The notes under the pieces: model-generated
What the model saw: the letters and a program-made list of their open reading frames with translations, nothing else
What the model was told of the DNA's origin: nothing
Databases searched by the model: none
Program-made: the position numbers and the translations under genes
In this document: positions 49,613 through 58,412 of the stretch, in pieces
Numbering within the stretch: position 1 is the stretch's first letter
How the letters are laid out: each line of letters opens with the position of its first letter
Source: Candidatus Sumerlaeia bacterium
GTDB taxonomy: Bacteria > Sumerlaeota > Sumerlaeia > SLMS01 > JANRJK01
DNA: 64,000 nt
Direction: 5' to 3'
Assembly (NCBI GenBank): GCA_033764015.1
Contig: JANRJK010000013.1
Location: 288,001 to 352,000, forward strand

Positions 49613-50239
49613 TCAGTACCGGTCGAAGTGGAGGATGTCGCCCGGGCTCGTCGTGCCGTTCGTGGGATCGTAGTGCTGGAACGGGCCGTTCATCAGGTCC
49701 TTGATCGTCGAAGTGAACTCCTGCGCCTGGTCCACGTCCGGCCCGAAGGAGTAGAGCATGAAGTTGTGGCCGTGCGCTCCGGCCCAATGCTCCGGAAGCA
49801 GCCGCGCCAAGTCGCCGAAGTTCACGTAGGCGTACGGCGTTCCCCTCCAGTCGGCGTAGATGTCCGCGGGAATGAAGGGCCCGATGTAGGCGACCGGCGT
49901 CGTCAACGCGCCGAGTTCGGGGCGCTGCGTGTTCCATGAGTCCGACGGCAATGGCGTCGGCTGCCACCATCCGCCCTGCGCCTGCGCCGCGGCGGGCGCG
50001 AGGTAGACCCGCCGGATGGACCACACCGACTCCGGCCGCATCGGCGGATACTCCCGGTGGTCCGCGTAGTACGCGAACAGCGCGCTCCGCAGCGCCGAAA
50101 GCTCCTCATGGACGCGGGACGACTTGGAGCGCACCTGCGCGTCCAGGAAGTTCGGCACCGCGATCGCCGCGAGGACGGCGATCACCGCGACGACGATGAG
50201 CAGTTCGATCAACGTGAAGGCGTGGGGATGACGGCGCAT
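49613..50239 (-). CDS. type IV pilin/GspG-like protein
   Basis: AFTLIELLIVVAVIAVLAAIAVPNF N-methylation motif; LTTPVAYI, SFGPD, YDPTNG. Confidence 0.88.
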   Translation of the reverse strand: MRRHPHAFTLIELLIVVAVIAVLAAIAVPNFLDAQVRSKSSRVHEELSALRSALFAYYADHREYPPMRPESVWSIRRVYLAPAAAQAQGGWWQPTPLPSDSWNTQRPELGALTTPVAYIGPFIPADIYADWRGTPYAYVNFGDLARLLPEHWAGAHGHNFMLYSFGPDVDQAQEFTSTIKDLMNGPFQHYDPTNGTTSPGDILHFDRY

Positions 50240-50589
50240 GGCGCGGCTCCTTCCGGGGAATCGCAGGCGATGGCGAAGGCGGCGGTGTCGAGCGTGCGCC
50301 CGTTCGGCGCGCGGAGCGAGGCGCGCAGCCGGCCCTCGCCGGGGCGGAGCACCTCGACCCGCCCCACTACGATCGGCGCGGCGCCGTCCCAGTGCCCGGC
50401 GGCGAACGCCGCCTGGGCGCCCTCCGCCGCGGCCTGCAGCTCCAGCCGCCACGCCATCCGCGACGTGGCCAGGTAGCTGTCCGCGGCGCGGTCCAGCACG
50501 ATGAAGCAAAGGGCGCCGAGGAACGCGGCGAGCCCCGCGAGCCCCAGCAGCATGCCCCCGCGGCGCGGGTGGCGGATCCGGGTCCTCAT
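50209..50589 (-). CDS. minor pilin-like protein (PilX/GspK-like N-terminus)
   Basis: RRGG followed by a hydrophobic helix lacking Glu5; translationally coupled in the pilin cluster. Confidence 0.55.
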   Translation of the reverse strand: MRTRIRHPRRGGMLLGLAGLAAFLGALCFIVLDRAADSYLATSRMAWRLELQAAAEGAQAAFAAGHWDGAAPIVVGRVEVLRPGEGRLRASLRAPNGRTLDTAAFAIACDSPEGAAPCAVIPTPSR

Positions 50590-51050
50590 GGCTGACCCTC
50601 CTCGAAGACGGCGATGGTTGATACAGTCAACGACCGGTCGAACCGGGCCGGGAGCCCGGCGAACTCCGCCCCTCCCGCGATCCGGATCCGCGCCCCGCCC
50701 TCCGTCCGGAGGATGGAGAACGCCTCCACGTTCGGCACCAGCGCCTGCGACGCGCCCTCCGCGTCGCGCACCAGCAGCCCCCGCGCGTCCACGCTGTAGC
50801 GCACCCGCGCCCCGTCCGCGCGCTCCAGCTCGTGGCCCCCGTCCAGGGGCGAGACGCGCCGCGCGGCCCGCACGTCCGACACAAGCTGCGGCATCGCCAT
50901 CGCGAGCCCCGCCTCCTGCCCGTGGCGTTCGTCCGCGAGCCGCTGCTCGCGCATGGTGTGCGTTGTCGGGTACATCAGCGCCGCGCTGCTGATCGCCAGG
51001 ATTGCGACCACAATCAACAGCTCGATCAGGGTGAATCCGCGCTGCCTCAT
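50586..51050 (-). CDS. prepilin-type minor pilin (GspJ-like)
   Basis: MRQRGFTLIELLIVVAILAI. Confidence 0.85.
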   Translation of the reverse strand: MRQRGFTLIELLIVVAILAISSAALMYPTTHTMREQRLADERHGQEAGLAMAMPQLVSDVRAARRVSPLDGGHELERADGARVRYSVDARGLLVRDAEGASQALVPNVEAFSILRTEGGARIRIAGGAEFAGLPARFDRSLTVSTIAVFEEGQP

Positions 51051-51433
51051 CGCTCCGCCTCCTCGACCAGGGTTGCCACCGCGACCGGCGCCGGCGGGTC
51101 CGCCTCGACGCTCGAGGCCGCCACCCGGAGTTCGCGCAGGCCGCTCGCGTGCGGCTGCGCGGACGACTCGAGCACGAACACCACGGGGCCGTCCGGGAGC
51201 TCGCGGCGCCCGAGCGACGCGTCCAGCGCGTCCGGCGCAAGCGCCCGCAGCCGGTCCAGCTCCTCCGTCGCCAGCAGCGCCAGCTTCGCGCGCTGCGCCG
51301 CCGCGCCCGCCAGCCGGCGCGACTGGCCCAGCGCCGACGTCACGCCCACCACCAGCACCATCGACAGGAACATGAACAGGATCACCTCGATCAGCGTGAG
51401 GCCGCGCCTCGGATGGATGGCTCGCGGGTTCAT
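51047..51433 (-). CDS. prepilin-type minor pilin (GspI-like)
   Basis: RRGLTLIEVILFMFL; ATGA overlaps on both sides. Confidence 0.8.
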   Translation of the reverse strand: MNPRAIHPRRGLTLIEVILFMFLSMVLVVGVTSALGQSRRLAGAAAQRAKLALLATEELDRLRALAPDALDASLGRRELPDGPVVFVLESSAQPHASGLRELRVAASSVEADPPAPVAVATLVEEAER

Positions 51434-52458
51434 CGCACCAGCCCCGGGATCCTGAAGAGTGGAAGGTACAGCGAAACGAGGATCACGGCGATGACTCCGC
51501 CGATCAGCAGCAGGAGCACCGGCTCGAACATGCCGGCGGCCCGTTCGCGCCGGATCTCGTAGTGCTCCTCGCAGTAGTCCGCGATGCTCTCGCACGCGCC
51601 GGCCAAGTCGCCGCGCTCCTCGCCCACGCGGTACAGGTAGGCCGCGGTGGTCGGCAGCGCGCGCTCGAAGGTCGGGGCGGTCGGCACGCCCCGCTCCGCG
51701 TCTTTCGCCATCTCGAACAGCATGATCCGCGTGGAGCGCCGGGGCAGCAGCGCCTCGACCGCGCGCAGCGCCGTCGGCAGCACCGCGCCGTGCTTGAGCA
51801 GCCGCGCAAGGCACCGCGAAACGATCATCGCCTCGCCGAGCCGCATCGTTTCGCCGTATCCCACCCGCGAGGCCACCGCCTCCGAAACCGTGTTGCGCAC
51901 GTTGTGGCTCGTGATCAGCAGCAGCACGAAGACCGCCGCCGCCAGCGAGACCGCGATTCCCGGCACCGAGCCCGCCAGCTTCATCGCGGCGCCCACCTGC
52001 TGCGTGAGCCAGGGCAGCTCCGCCCCCAACTGCCGGTAGATGTCGAAGAACGGCGGCAGCACCACGAAACTGATGAACTGCGTCACCACGAGCAGCACCA
52101 GGATCACGAGCGCCGGATACGTCACCGCCGTGGCGAACGTCTCGCGCAGCCGGTCCGCGACCGCCGCCTGGCGCCGCGCCGTGTCGAGGACCCCGTAAAG
52201 GTCGCCCGTCTGTTCGCCGCACTCGACGAGCGCGGCGATGTGCTCCGGCGCGGGGGGCGACGCCGCCCGCAGCGCCTGCGAAAGCGGCACCCCGCGCTCC
52301 GTCTCCGCCGCGGCCGCCGACGCGAGCGCGGCCACTCCGCCCTCCCCGCGCCCCGCCACCGCGCGGAGGCCCTCCGGCATCGGCACGCCCGCCTTCGCAA
52401 GCGCCGCCACCTCGTTCAGGAACCGCAGGCTTTCCCTCGACGTCAGTTTCCCGGGCAT
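51430..52458 (-). CDS. GspF/PilC-family platform protein
   Basis: AGVP, GEQTGDL, TYPALV, VLPPF..IY..LG.ELP.LT, GEERGDL, FEP, LYLPLF. Confidence 0.9.
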   Translation of the reverse strand: MPGKLTSRESLRFLNEVAALAKAGVPMPEGLRAVAGRGEGGVAALASAAAAETERGVPLSQALRAASPPAPEHIAALVECGEQTGDLYGVLDTARRQAAVADRLRETFATAVTYPALVILVLLVVTQFISFVVLPPFFDIYRQLGAELPWLTQQVGAAMKLAGSVPGIAVSLAAAVFVLLLITSHNVRNTVSEAVASRVGYGETMRLGEAMIVSRCLARLLKHGAVLPTALRAVEALLPRRSTRIMLFEMAKDAERGVPTAPTFERALPTTAAYLYRVGEERGDLAGACESIADYCEEHYEIRRERAAGMFEPVLLLLIGGVIAVILVSLYLPLFRIPGLVR

Positions 52459-52477
52459 GGCTGCCCTCCTTTCGCGG

Positions 52478-54007
52478 TCAGTTGTTTCCCTGCGCCATGA
52501 CGGCCAGGGGCAGTTGGAACAGCGGCAGGTACAGGGCGATCACCAGCAGCCCGACGATGCAGGCGACCACCGCGAGCGTCAGCAGCTCGACCAGCTTGCG
52601 GGCGCGCGCCGCGCTCGCGGCCGCCTCGAAGCGCAAGTCCACCGCGTAGTGCGCGAGCAGCTCGCGGCACGCGGGCGACTCGATCGCCGACGCGACGGCG
52701 CCATCCATCGCGGCGCCGAAAAGCGGCCCCCCCGCGAGCGCCTCCCGCAGCGGAACGCCGCGCGCCACGCGCTCCGCGAGCCGCACCGAACGGTCGCGCC
52801 AAACGCCCGCGACGGTGAGGGTCGCCAGCGCGAGCGCCTCGCCCTCCGGCATCCGCCGTTCCACCGCCAGCGCGAGCGCCTGCGTCCAGCGGGCGGCCGC
52901 GTCCAGCCGCCGCGAGCGCTCGACCTCCGGCGCCACCAGGCGCGTCATCGGGCGCGTGACCCGCGTCAGTATCTCTTCGCCCGCCAGGATCGCCTGCTGG
53001 AACACGCGCAGCAGGAACGGAACCGCCGCCGCGGACATCAGGACCGCCACGCAAATCAGCGTCGGGAGCAGCCACCACGGGGTCGCGCTGGTCACTCCGA
53101 CCACAATCGTGCGGTGGAACAGCAGCAGGAGCGGCACTAGCACGAGCCCCCCCATCCACAGCGCCGCCACCTGCAGCGAGAGGCGCGTGCCGTTCGCGAA
53201 CGGCCCGATCACCGAAACCAGCATCGGCACCAGCACCAGCAGCACGACCGCCATGCGCAGCGCCGCCACCAGCAGCGGGTTCATCGAGTCGAGCAGTGCG
53301 CCCGCCTCGAACACGAACCGCGTCAGCGGTGGCAGTTCCACGCCGAGCTGGACGAAGATGTCCACGTACTTCGGCAGGACCTTGAACATCAGGAAGGCGC
53401 CGATCAGGATCGCGATCACCAGGTAGAACAGGTAGAAGCGGATCGGTTGCAGCGCGTGCAGCATCGGCGTCCGCAGGTCCCGCGACAGCTCGCGCAGCGT
53501 GGCGGGCAAGGTGCCGAGCGACTCCGCCGCCTCGACTAGCCGCATCTCCGATCCGGTGAAGCCGGTGGGCTCCGCGGCCATCGCGCGCGAGAGCGGCAGG
53601 CCCCGCTCGACCCCGCGGAGGAGGTTTCGCGCCATCAGCCGCGCCACGCGCTCGGGGCTCGAAAAGCGCCCCGCCAGCCCCACGTAGGCGAGCACCAGCA
53701 CCTGGACCAGCAGCATCGACAGGAACATGGCGAAGGCGACCAGGCCCGCCCAGGCGCGCCCCGCCGCGCCGGCCAGCGACACGTCCGGGGCCTTCCCCGC
53801 AGCGAGCCGCAGCGCATCGTCCAGCGCCACGCCGCGCCCCAGGCTCGACGCCAGCTCGGAGAACAGCAGCGCCTTCGCGGTGGTCATCACCTCCCGGTTC
53901 GCCATGTACACGCGGTTCCAGGCCGCGGCGTACCCGCGGAGGAACGGCACCGAGCCCAGGTCGAGATTGAACTTCTCCATGCCGAGGGAAGGACGTGGCC
54001 GGGTCAT
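52478..54007 (-). CDS. second, extended GspF/PilC-family protein
   Basis: AESLGTL, VLPKYVDIFVQLGVELPPLT, ALYLPLFQL; extra TM segments. Confidence 0.8.
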   Translation of the reverse strand: MTRPRPSLGMEKFNLDLGSVPFLRGYAAAWNRVYMANREVMTTAKALLFSELASSLGRGVALDDALRLAAGKAPDVSLAGAAGRAWAGLVAFAMFLSMLLVQVLVLAYVGLAGRFSSPERVARLMARNLLRGVERGLPLSRAMAAEPTGFTGSEMRLVEAAESLGTLPATLRELSRDLRTPMLHALQPIRFYLFYLVIAILIGAFLMFKVLPKYVDIFVQLGVELPPLTRFVFEAGALLDSMNPLLVAALRMAVVLLVLVPMLVSVIGPFANGTRLSLQVAALWMGGLVLVPLLLLFHRTIVVGVTSATPWWLLPTLICVAVLMSAAAVPFLLRVFQQAILAGEEILTRVTRPMTRLVAPEVERSRRLDAAARWTQALALAVERRMPEGEALALATLTVAGVWRDRSVRLAERVARGVPLREALAGGPLFGAAMDGAVASAIESPACRELLAHYAVDLRFEAAASAARARKLVELLTLAVVACIVGLLVIALYLPLFQLPLAVMAQGNN

Positions 54008-55161
54008 CGCGCCGCCTCCTCCGCGAGCGGTTCCGCGTCCGCCCGCGCGATCGTCCCCGCGTCGGCGAGCCGCCGCGCGTCCTCCGCCAGGTCCCCGATG
54101 CGCGCCTCCGCCATGCGCGCGGCGAGAGACTCCTCCGCGCCACCCCGCAGGATCGCGGTCCTCAGCGCCTCCGACGCGAAGATGCCTTCAAAGACCGCCA
54201 CGCGCCCCGGGCCGTCCGCCCGCGGGAACAGCCGCTGCGCCATGGACGCCTCGAACGCCGACGCCAGCAGGTACGGCTCGACGCCCATCGCGAGCAGCCG
54301 GTGCGCCACGCGCTCCGCCCGCCCCGCGTGCAGCGTCGTCAGCACCAGGTGCCCCGTCACGCCGGCCTGCAGCGCGGTGCGCGCCGTCACGCGGTCGCGC
54401 GATTCGCCGACCAGGATCACGTCCGGGGCGTGGCGCAGCGCCGCCCGCAGCGCCGCCTCCCAGCCCAGCCCGCGCTCCTCGCGCACCGTCACCTGCGTCG
54501 CGTACGCGAGCTCGCGCTCGACCGGGTCCTCGACGGTGAGGAACGACCCGCCGCCGCGGATGTCGTTGAGATAGTCAAGCAACGCGTAGAGCGTCGTCGT
54601 CTTCCCGCTTCCCGCGGGCCCGGTGAGCAGCACCGCGCCCTCGCGCCGCGCGCAGGAGCGCTGCAGCCTCGCGAGCAGCTCCGGCGCCATCCCCAGCTCC
54701 GCGAGCCGCGGCCGCGCCAGGTCCCGCGCCGGGAACCGCACCGCGAGGTCCTCGCCGTGCAGCCCGGGAAGGAACGACGCGCGCAGGCGGCGGGGGGGCT
54801 CGCCCGCGAGCGGCTGCCAGGCGATGCCGCCCTCCTGCGCCTCCTCGCGCACATGCGCCGGCACCCGGGCCAGCACCTTGAAGCGCGCCAGCAGCAGTTG
54901 CCGCCGCGCCTCCGGGATGCAAGCAACCGCAAGGCGGTGCCCGTCCACCAGGCAGGCCGCCTCCGCGCCGCCCCGCGACTGCCTCAGGAAGAGGTCCGAG
55001 GCCCCTAGCCGTTCCGCTTCCGCGAGCAACAGGTCCGCTGCGAAAACGCCCCAGTCGTCGTCGTGCCCGAGCTGGTCCAGCGCCTCTTGGATCGTGGCGG
55101 GGACCGCTTTCGGCGGTGTCTCGGAGCGTGTGTTTCCCCACGCGCCCAGGCGGATGGCCAT
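54004..55161 (-). CDS. GspE/PilB/ComGA-family assembly ATPase (short form)
   Basis: ASDL, GPAGSGKTTT, TVEDPVE, LRHAPDVILVGESRD, TGHLVLTTLHA, QRL, GRVAVFE. Confidence 0.92.
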   Translation of the reverse strand: MAIRLGAWGNTRSETPPKAVPATIQEALDQLGHDDDWGVFAADLLLAEAERLGASDLFLRQSRGGAEAACLVDGHRLAVACIPEARRQLLLARFKVLARVPAHVREEAQEGGIAWQPLAGEPPRRLRASFLPGLHGEDLAVRFPARDLARPRLAELGMAPELLARLQRSCARREGAVLLTGPAGSGKTTTLYALLDYLNDIRGGGSFLTVEDPVERELAYATQVTVREERGLGWEAALRAALRHAPDVILVGESRDRVTARTALQAGVTGHLVLTTLHAGRAERVAHRLLAMGVEPYLLASAFEASMAQRLFPRADGPGRVAVFEGIFASEALRTAILRGGAEESLAARMAEARIGDLAEDARRLADAGTIARADAEPLAEEAAR

Positions 55162-55194
55162 GGCGGGACTCCTTTCCTTGCTGTTGTCGGAGGG

Positions 55195-56304
55195 TTACGC
55201 GGCGCGGGTCTCCACCACCGCCGCCGCGCGGTTCGTTGCGAAGACCGGATCTTCCAAACTCGAATTCATCGGCAGCATCACCGCCGCGAACAGCGCCGCG
55301 CCGGCCCAGAGCCCCCGCGCCTGCGCAGCGCCGGCGCGCACCGGGCGGATCGCTTCGCGGAGCCGCCGTTCGACGCGCGCGCCCGGGGCGCCCGTGAACG
55401 CCAACGCCCGCGCCGGCGCCGCCACCGTCTCCTCCAGCACCGCGAGGATCGTCCGCGCGTAGGCCGCCCGCTCCGCCAGCGTCGCGCCGGAGACCGCCGC
55501 GTCCACCGCCAGCTCCCGCTCCTCGTCGATCCGCTCCTGCGCCAGCCAAAGCAGCGGATGGAACCAGAACGGCGCCAGCGCCGCGCTCTGCAGCCAGCAC
55601 CAGGCGAGATCGCCGCGGCGCCAGTGCTCCAGCTCGTGCCGCAGCACCGCGAGCAGCTCGTCGCGCGTCAGCGAGCCCGGCAGGCCCGCGGGAAGCACGA
55701 TCGTCGGCCGCAGCAGCCCGCACAGGAACGGCGATCCCTCGATCGCGGCGAGCACCAGGCGCGGCTTCGGGCCGCCGCGCCCCGCCGCTTCCGCAAGCAG
55801 CGCCGCCAGCGGGCCGCTCTCCACCAGCCGGCCGGAGGCAACGACGCGCGACACGACGAGTTGCTGCTTAACGATCAGGTACAGCATCCTCACGACGCCC
55901 GCCGCCCACACCGCGAACAGCGCCGCGAGCAGCACCGCGACCGCCGACGCCGGCGGCTGCCAGCCCAACTCCTGCAGCGGCGTCGAAAGCACGCCGACTT
56001 CGGGCCCGAGGCCCACCGCGCCATGGTGCGCGCGCAGCGGGTCGGCGAAGAGCCGCAGCAACCCGACCGCATATCCCTCCGCCGGCTGCACCGCGGGCGC
56101 GGCGAGCGAGAACGGCGACGACAACGCCGGCGGCAGCAGCACCTTCACCGGCACCAGCATCCAAAGCGCGTGGCGCACCGTCGCCGGCATCCGCCGCAGC
56201 AGCGGCTCCGCCGCCCACAGCACGGCGAACAGCGCCGCCGCCTGGAGCGATGCGCGCAGCAGCCACTCCGCCCAAAGAAGGAGCCATCCGGGGGCCGCCG
56301 TCAT
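55195..56304 (-). CDS. M56 family (BlaR1/MecR1-like) membrane metallopeptidase
   Basis: RHALW, SPFLCGLLRPTIVLP, HELEHWRRGD, WFHPLLW, ERELAVD. Confidence 0.92.
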   Translation of the reverse strand: MTAAPGWLLLWAEWLLRASLQAAALFAVLWAAEPLLRRMPATVRHALWMLVPVKVLLPPALSSPFSLAAPAVQPAEGYAVGLLRLFADPLRAHHGAVGLGPEVGVLSTPLQELGWQPPASAVAVLLAALFAVWAAGVVRMLYLIVKQQLVVSRVVASGRLVESGPLAALLAEAAGRGGPKPRLVLAAIEGSPFLCGLLRPTIVLPAGLPGSLTRDELLAVLRHELEHWRRGDLAWCWLQSAALAPFWFHPLLWLAQERIDEERELAVDAAVSGATLAERAAYARTILAVLEETVAAPARALAFTGAPGARVERRLREAIRPVRAGAAQARGLWAGAALFAAVMLPMNSSLEDPVFATNRAAAVVETRAA

Positions 56305-56720
56305 GGTTGCCGCTCCTCGCGCGCCGACTCCTCCAACTCATCGAGGAGGCCGCGCAGCCGTTGAATTTCCGACCGGTCCAGCTTGCCCGATTCGATGAAG
56401 GTGGCAATCGCCGGAAGCGCCTCGCCGCGGAAAACCCGCCCGAGGAACTCCTCCGACTCCGCGCGGGCCAACTGCTCCCGCCGCACCGCAGGGCGGTACA
56501 GGTAGGAGTTGCCGACCTGCTCGTAGTCTAATGCCCCCTTCGCCACCAAGCGCGACAGGAGCGTCTTCACCGTCTGGATCGTCCAGTCGCGCCCCGGACC
56601 CACCGCCGCGTGGACGTCGCGTGCCGCGAGAGCGCCGCGGGTCCACAGCACTTCCATCGTGTCCCATTCGGCGGGGGAGAGCGCCGGGAGCGGCTGGCCG
56701 GGATTAGGTGTTTCGGGCAT
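56301..56720 (-). CDS. BlaI/MecI/CopY family repressor
   Basis: LSPAEWDTMEVLW, WTIQTVKTLLSRLVAKG, YLYRP, EIQRLRGLL; ATGA overlap with the M56 gene. Confidence 0.93.
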   Translation of the reverse strand: MPETPNPGQPLPALSPAEWDTMEVLWTRGALAARDVHAAVGPGRDWTIQTVKTLLSRLVAKGALDYEQVGNSYLYRPAVRREQLARAESEEFLGRVFRGEALPAIATFIESGKLDRSEIQRLRGLLDELEESAREERQP

Positions 56721-56747
56721 CGGAGCCCCTCGTGTTGAGGTGTGTAA

Positions 56748-56776
56748 CCATTAGACTACGACTGTAGTCGAGTCAA
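56748..56776 (-). promoter_or_regulatory. promoter with BlaI-type operator palindrome in the -35/-10 spacer
   Basis: Minus strand TTGACT-CGACTACAGTCGTAGTC-TAATGG; GACTAC-N4-GTAGTC at 56754-56769 resembles the BlaI/MecI TACA-NN-TGTA box. Confidence 0.8.
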
Positions 56777-56796
56777 CCCCCGTTTCGTCCATGGAC

Positions 56797-56830
56797 AAAA
56801 AAAAACGGGGCGCCCTTGCGGACGCCCCGT
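56797..56830 (-). terminator. rho-independent terminator after DEAD-box helicase
   Basis: acggggcgtcc-gcaa-gggcgccccgt followed by a T tract on the minus strand. Confidence 0.85.
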
Positions 56831-56868
56831 GCTCGTCATGATGCCCCGTTTGCGGGGAAGTCCTTCGA

Positions 56869-58077
56869 CTACTTCCAGCCGCGGGTGACGGTGATGCGGA
56901 AGCCCCCCGGCGGAGCGCGGCGCGCGCTCATGCCGGTCGGGCGGTACTCGTCCTCGAGGGACACCGCGCCATCCCACTCGACGCGCGGGATCTTCTTGCC
57001 GAGGTCGCGCTCGATGATGCGCAGCATCGCGAGGTCGTCCGGCGTGACGAAGGTGATCGCCTCGCCGGTGGCGGAGGCGCGGGCGGTGCGGCCGATGCGG
57101 TGGATGTAGTCCTCCGTCGTGGCCGGGATGTCGTAATTGATGACGTGCGCGATGCCCTTCACGTCGATGCCGCGCGCCGCGATGTCCGTGGCCACGAGGA
57201 TCTTGTGCTTGCCGGTGCGGAATCCGTCGAGGGCCCGCTGGCGCTGGCCCTGGGACAGGTCGCCGTGGATCGCCTCGGCGCGGACGCCGGCCTTGTCGAG
57301 CAGCTTGGCCACCTTGTCGGCGCCGCGCTTGGTGCGCACGAAGATCAGCGTCGTGCCCACGCCGTGCTGGCCGAGGAGGCGCAGCAGCAGTTCCTGCTTG
57401 CGGCCCACCCCGACGGCGAAGACCGCCTGCGTCACCGCGTCCGCGGGCTTCGTGACGTGGCCGATCTCGACACGCTCGGGGGATCGCATCATCGTCTGCG
57501 CCAAGTCCGTCAATTCGCGGGGGAACGTGGCCGAGAACATCATCGTCTGGCGGTCGGAGGGCAGCGCGCGGAGGATGCGGCGGATGTCGGGCAGGAAGCC
57601 CATGTCGAGCATCCGGTCCGCCTCGTCCATGACGAGGATCGAGACCTGGTTGAAGCGCGCGTTGCCGCGCTCCATGTGGTCGAGGAGGCGCCCCGGGCAT
57701 GCCACGACGATCGTGGCGCCCTGCTTCAGCGCCTTCGCCTGCGGCTCCATGCCGACGCCGCCGTAGACGCAAGCGGTGGTGAGCTTGAGGGCCTTGGCGA
57801 GCGGCTGGAGCACGTCGTGCACCTGCTGCGCCAGCTCGCGCGTCGGCGTCAGCACCAGCATACCGGTCGAGCCGGGCTTGAGCTGCGAAAGGCGTTCGAT
57901 GGAGGGGAGCCCGAAGGCGAGGGTCTTGCCGGTGCCCGTCTGGGCGGTGGCGACGAGGTCGGCGCCCGTGGCGGCGACCGGGATGGCCTTCGCCTGGACC
58001 GGCGTCGGCGTGGTGATGCCGCGCTCTGCGAGGAGCGCCAGCAGCCGGGGGTTCACCCCGAGTTGTTCAAACGTCAT
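56869..58077 (-). CDS. DEAD-box RNA helicase (RhlE-like)
   Basis: PTPVQ, AQTGTGKT, PTRELA, DEAD, SAT, ARGID, HRIGRTAR. Confidence 0.95.
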   Translation of the reverse strand: MTFEQLGVNPRLLALLAERGITTPTPVQAKAIPVAATGADLVATAQTGTGKTLAFGLPSIERLSQLKPGSTGMLVLTPTRELAQQVHDVLQPLAKALKLTTACVYGGVGMEPQAKALKQGATIVVACPGRLLDHMERGNARFNQVSILVMDEADRMLDMGFLPDIRRILRALPSDRQTMMFSATFPRELTDLAQTMMRSPERVEIGHVTKPADAVTQAVFAVGVGRKQELLLRLLGQHGVGTTLIFVRTKRGADKVAKLLDKAGVRAEAIHGDLSQGQRQRALDGFRTGKHKILVATDIAARGIDVKGIAHVINYDIPATTEDYIHRIGRTARASATGEAITFVTPDDLAMLRIIERDLGKKIPRVEWDGAVSLEDEYRPTGMSARRAPPGGFRITVTRGWK

Positions 58078-58350
58078 AAACACATCTTCCGTGTGCGTGG
58101 GTTCCATGTCCGCGGCGCGCGAATGCCCGCCGTCTCTGTCGGTTCGCTGCCGAACGGGCTGCCTGGGGCGCCGGGACGGAATCCAATGTGTCGGAGGAAA
58201 GCGATGCGTATGGCGCGGTGTTCGTTGCGTGGCGCCGGTACGGACAGAAAGACATCATGCGCGTGAGGGGGAGGGCACGACCGGCACGGTGGCAAGGACT
58301 TTCTTCGTCCGCCTTTTGGCCTCCCACCCCCGTCCGCACCGGAAGGACCG

Positions 58351-58379
58351 CGCCCCCGCCGGCGGAACCGGCGGGGGCG
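58351..58379 (-). terminator. hairpin after M12 peptidase gene
   Basis: cgcccccgccgg-cggaa-ccggcgggggcg. Confidence 0.55.
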
Positions 58380-58412
58380 AGGCGACACCTAGCGGCGTGG
58401 CAGCCGGCGTGG

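Noticed and set aside
55195..56720. Beta-lactam resistance locus
   Set aside because: No beta-lactamase or PBP gene and no penicillin-binding sensor domain.
58078..58410. Structured ncRNA or leader upstream of the DEAD-box helicase
   Set aside because: The intergenic region is long, but I could not support a convincing promoter or a known RNA motif by eye.
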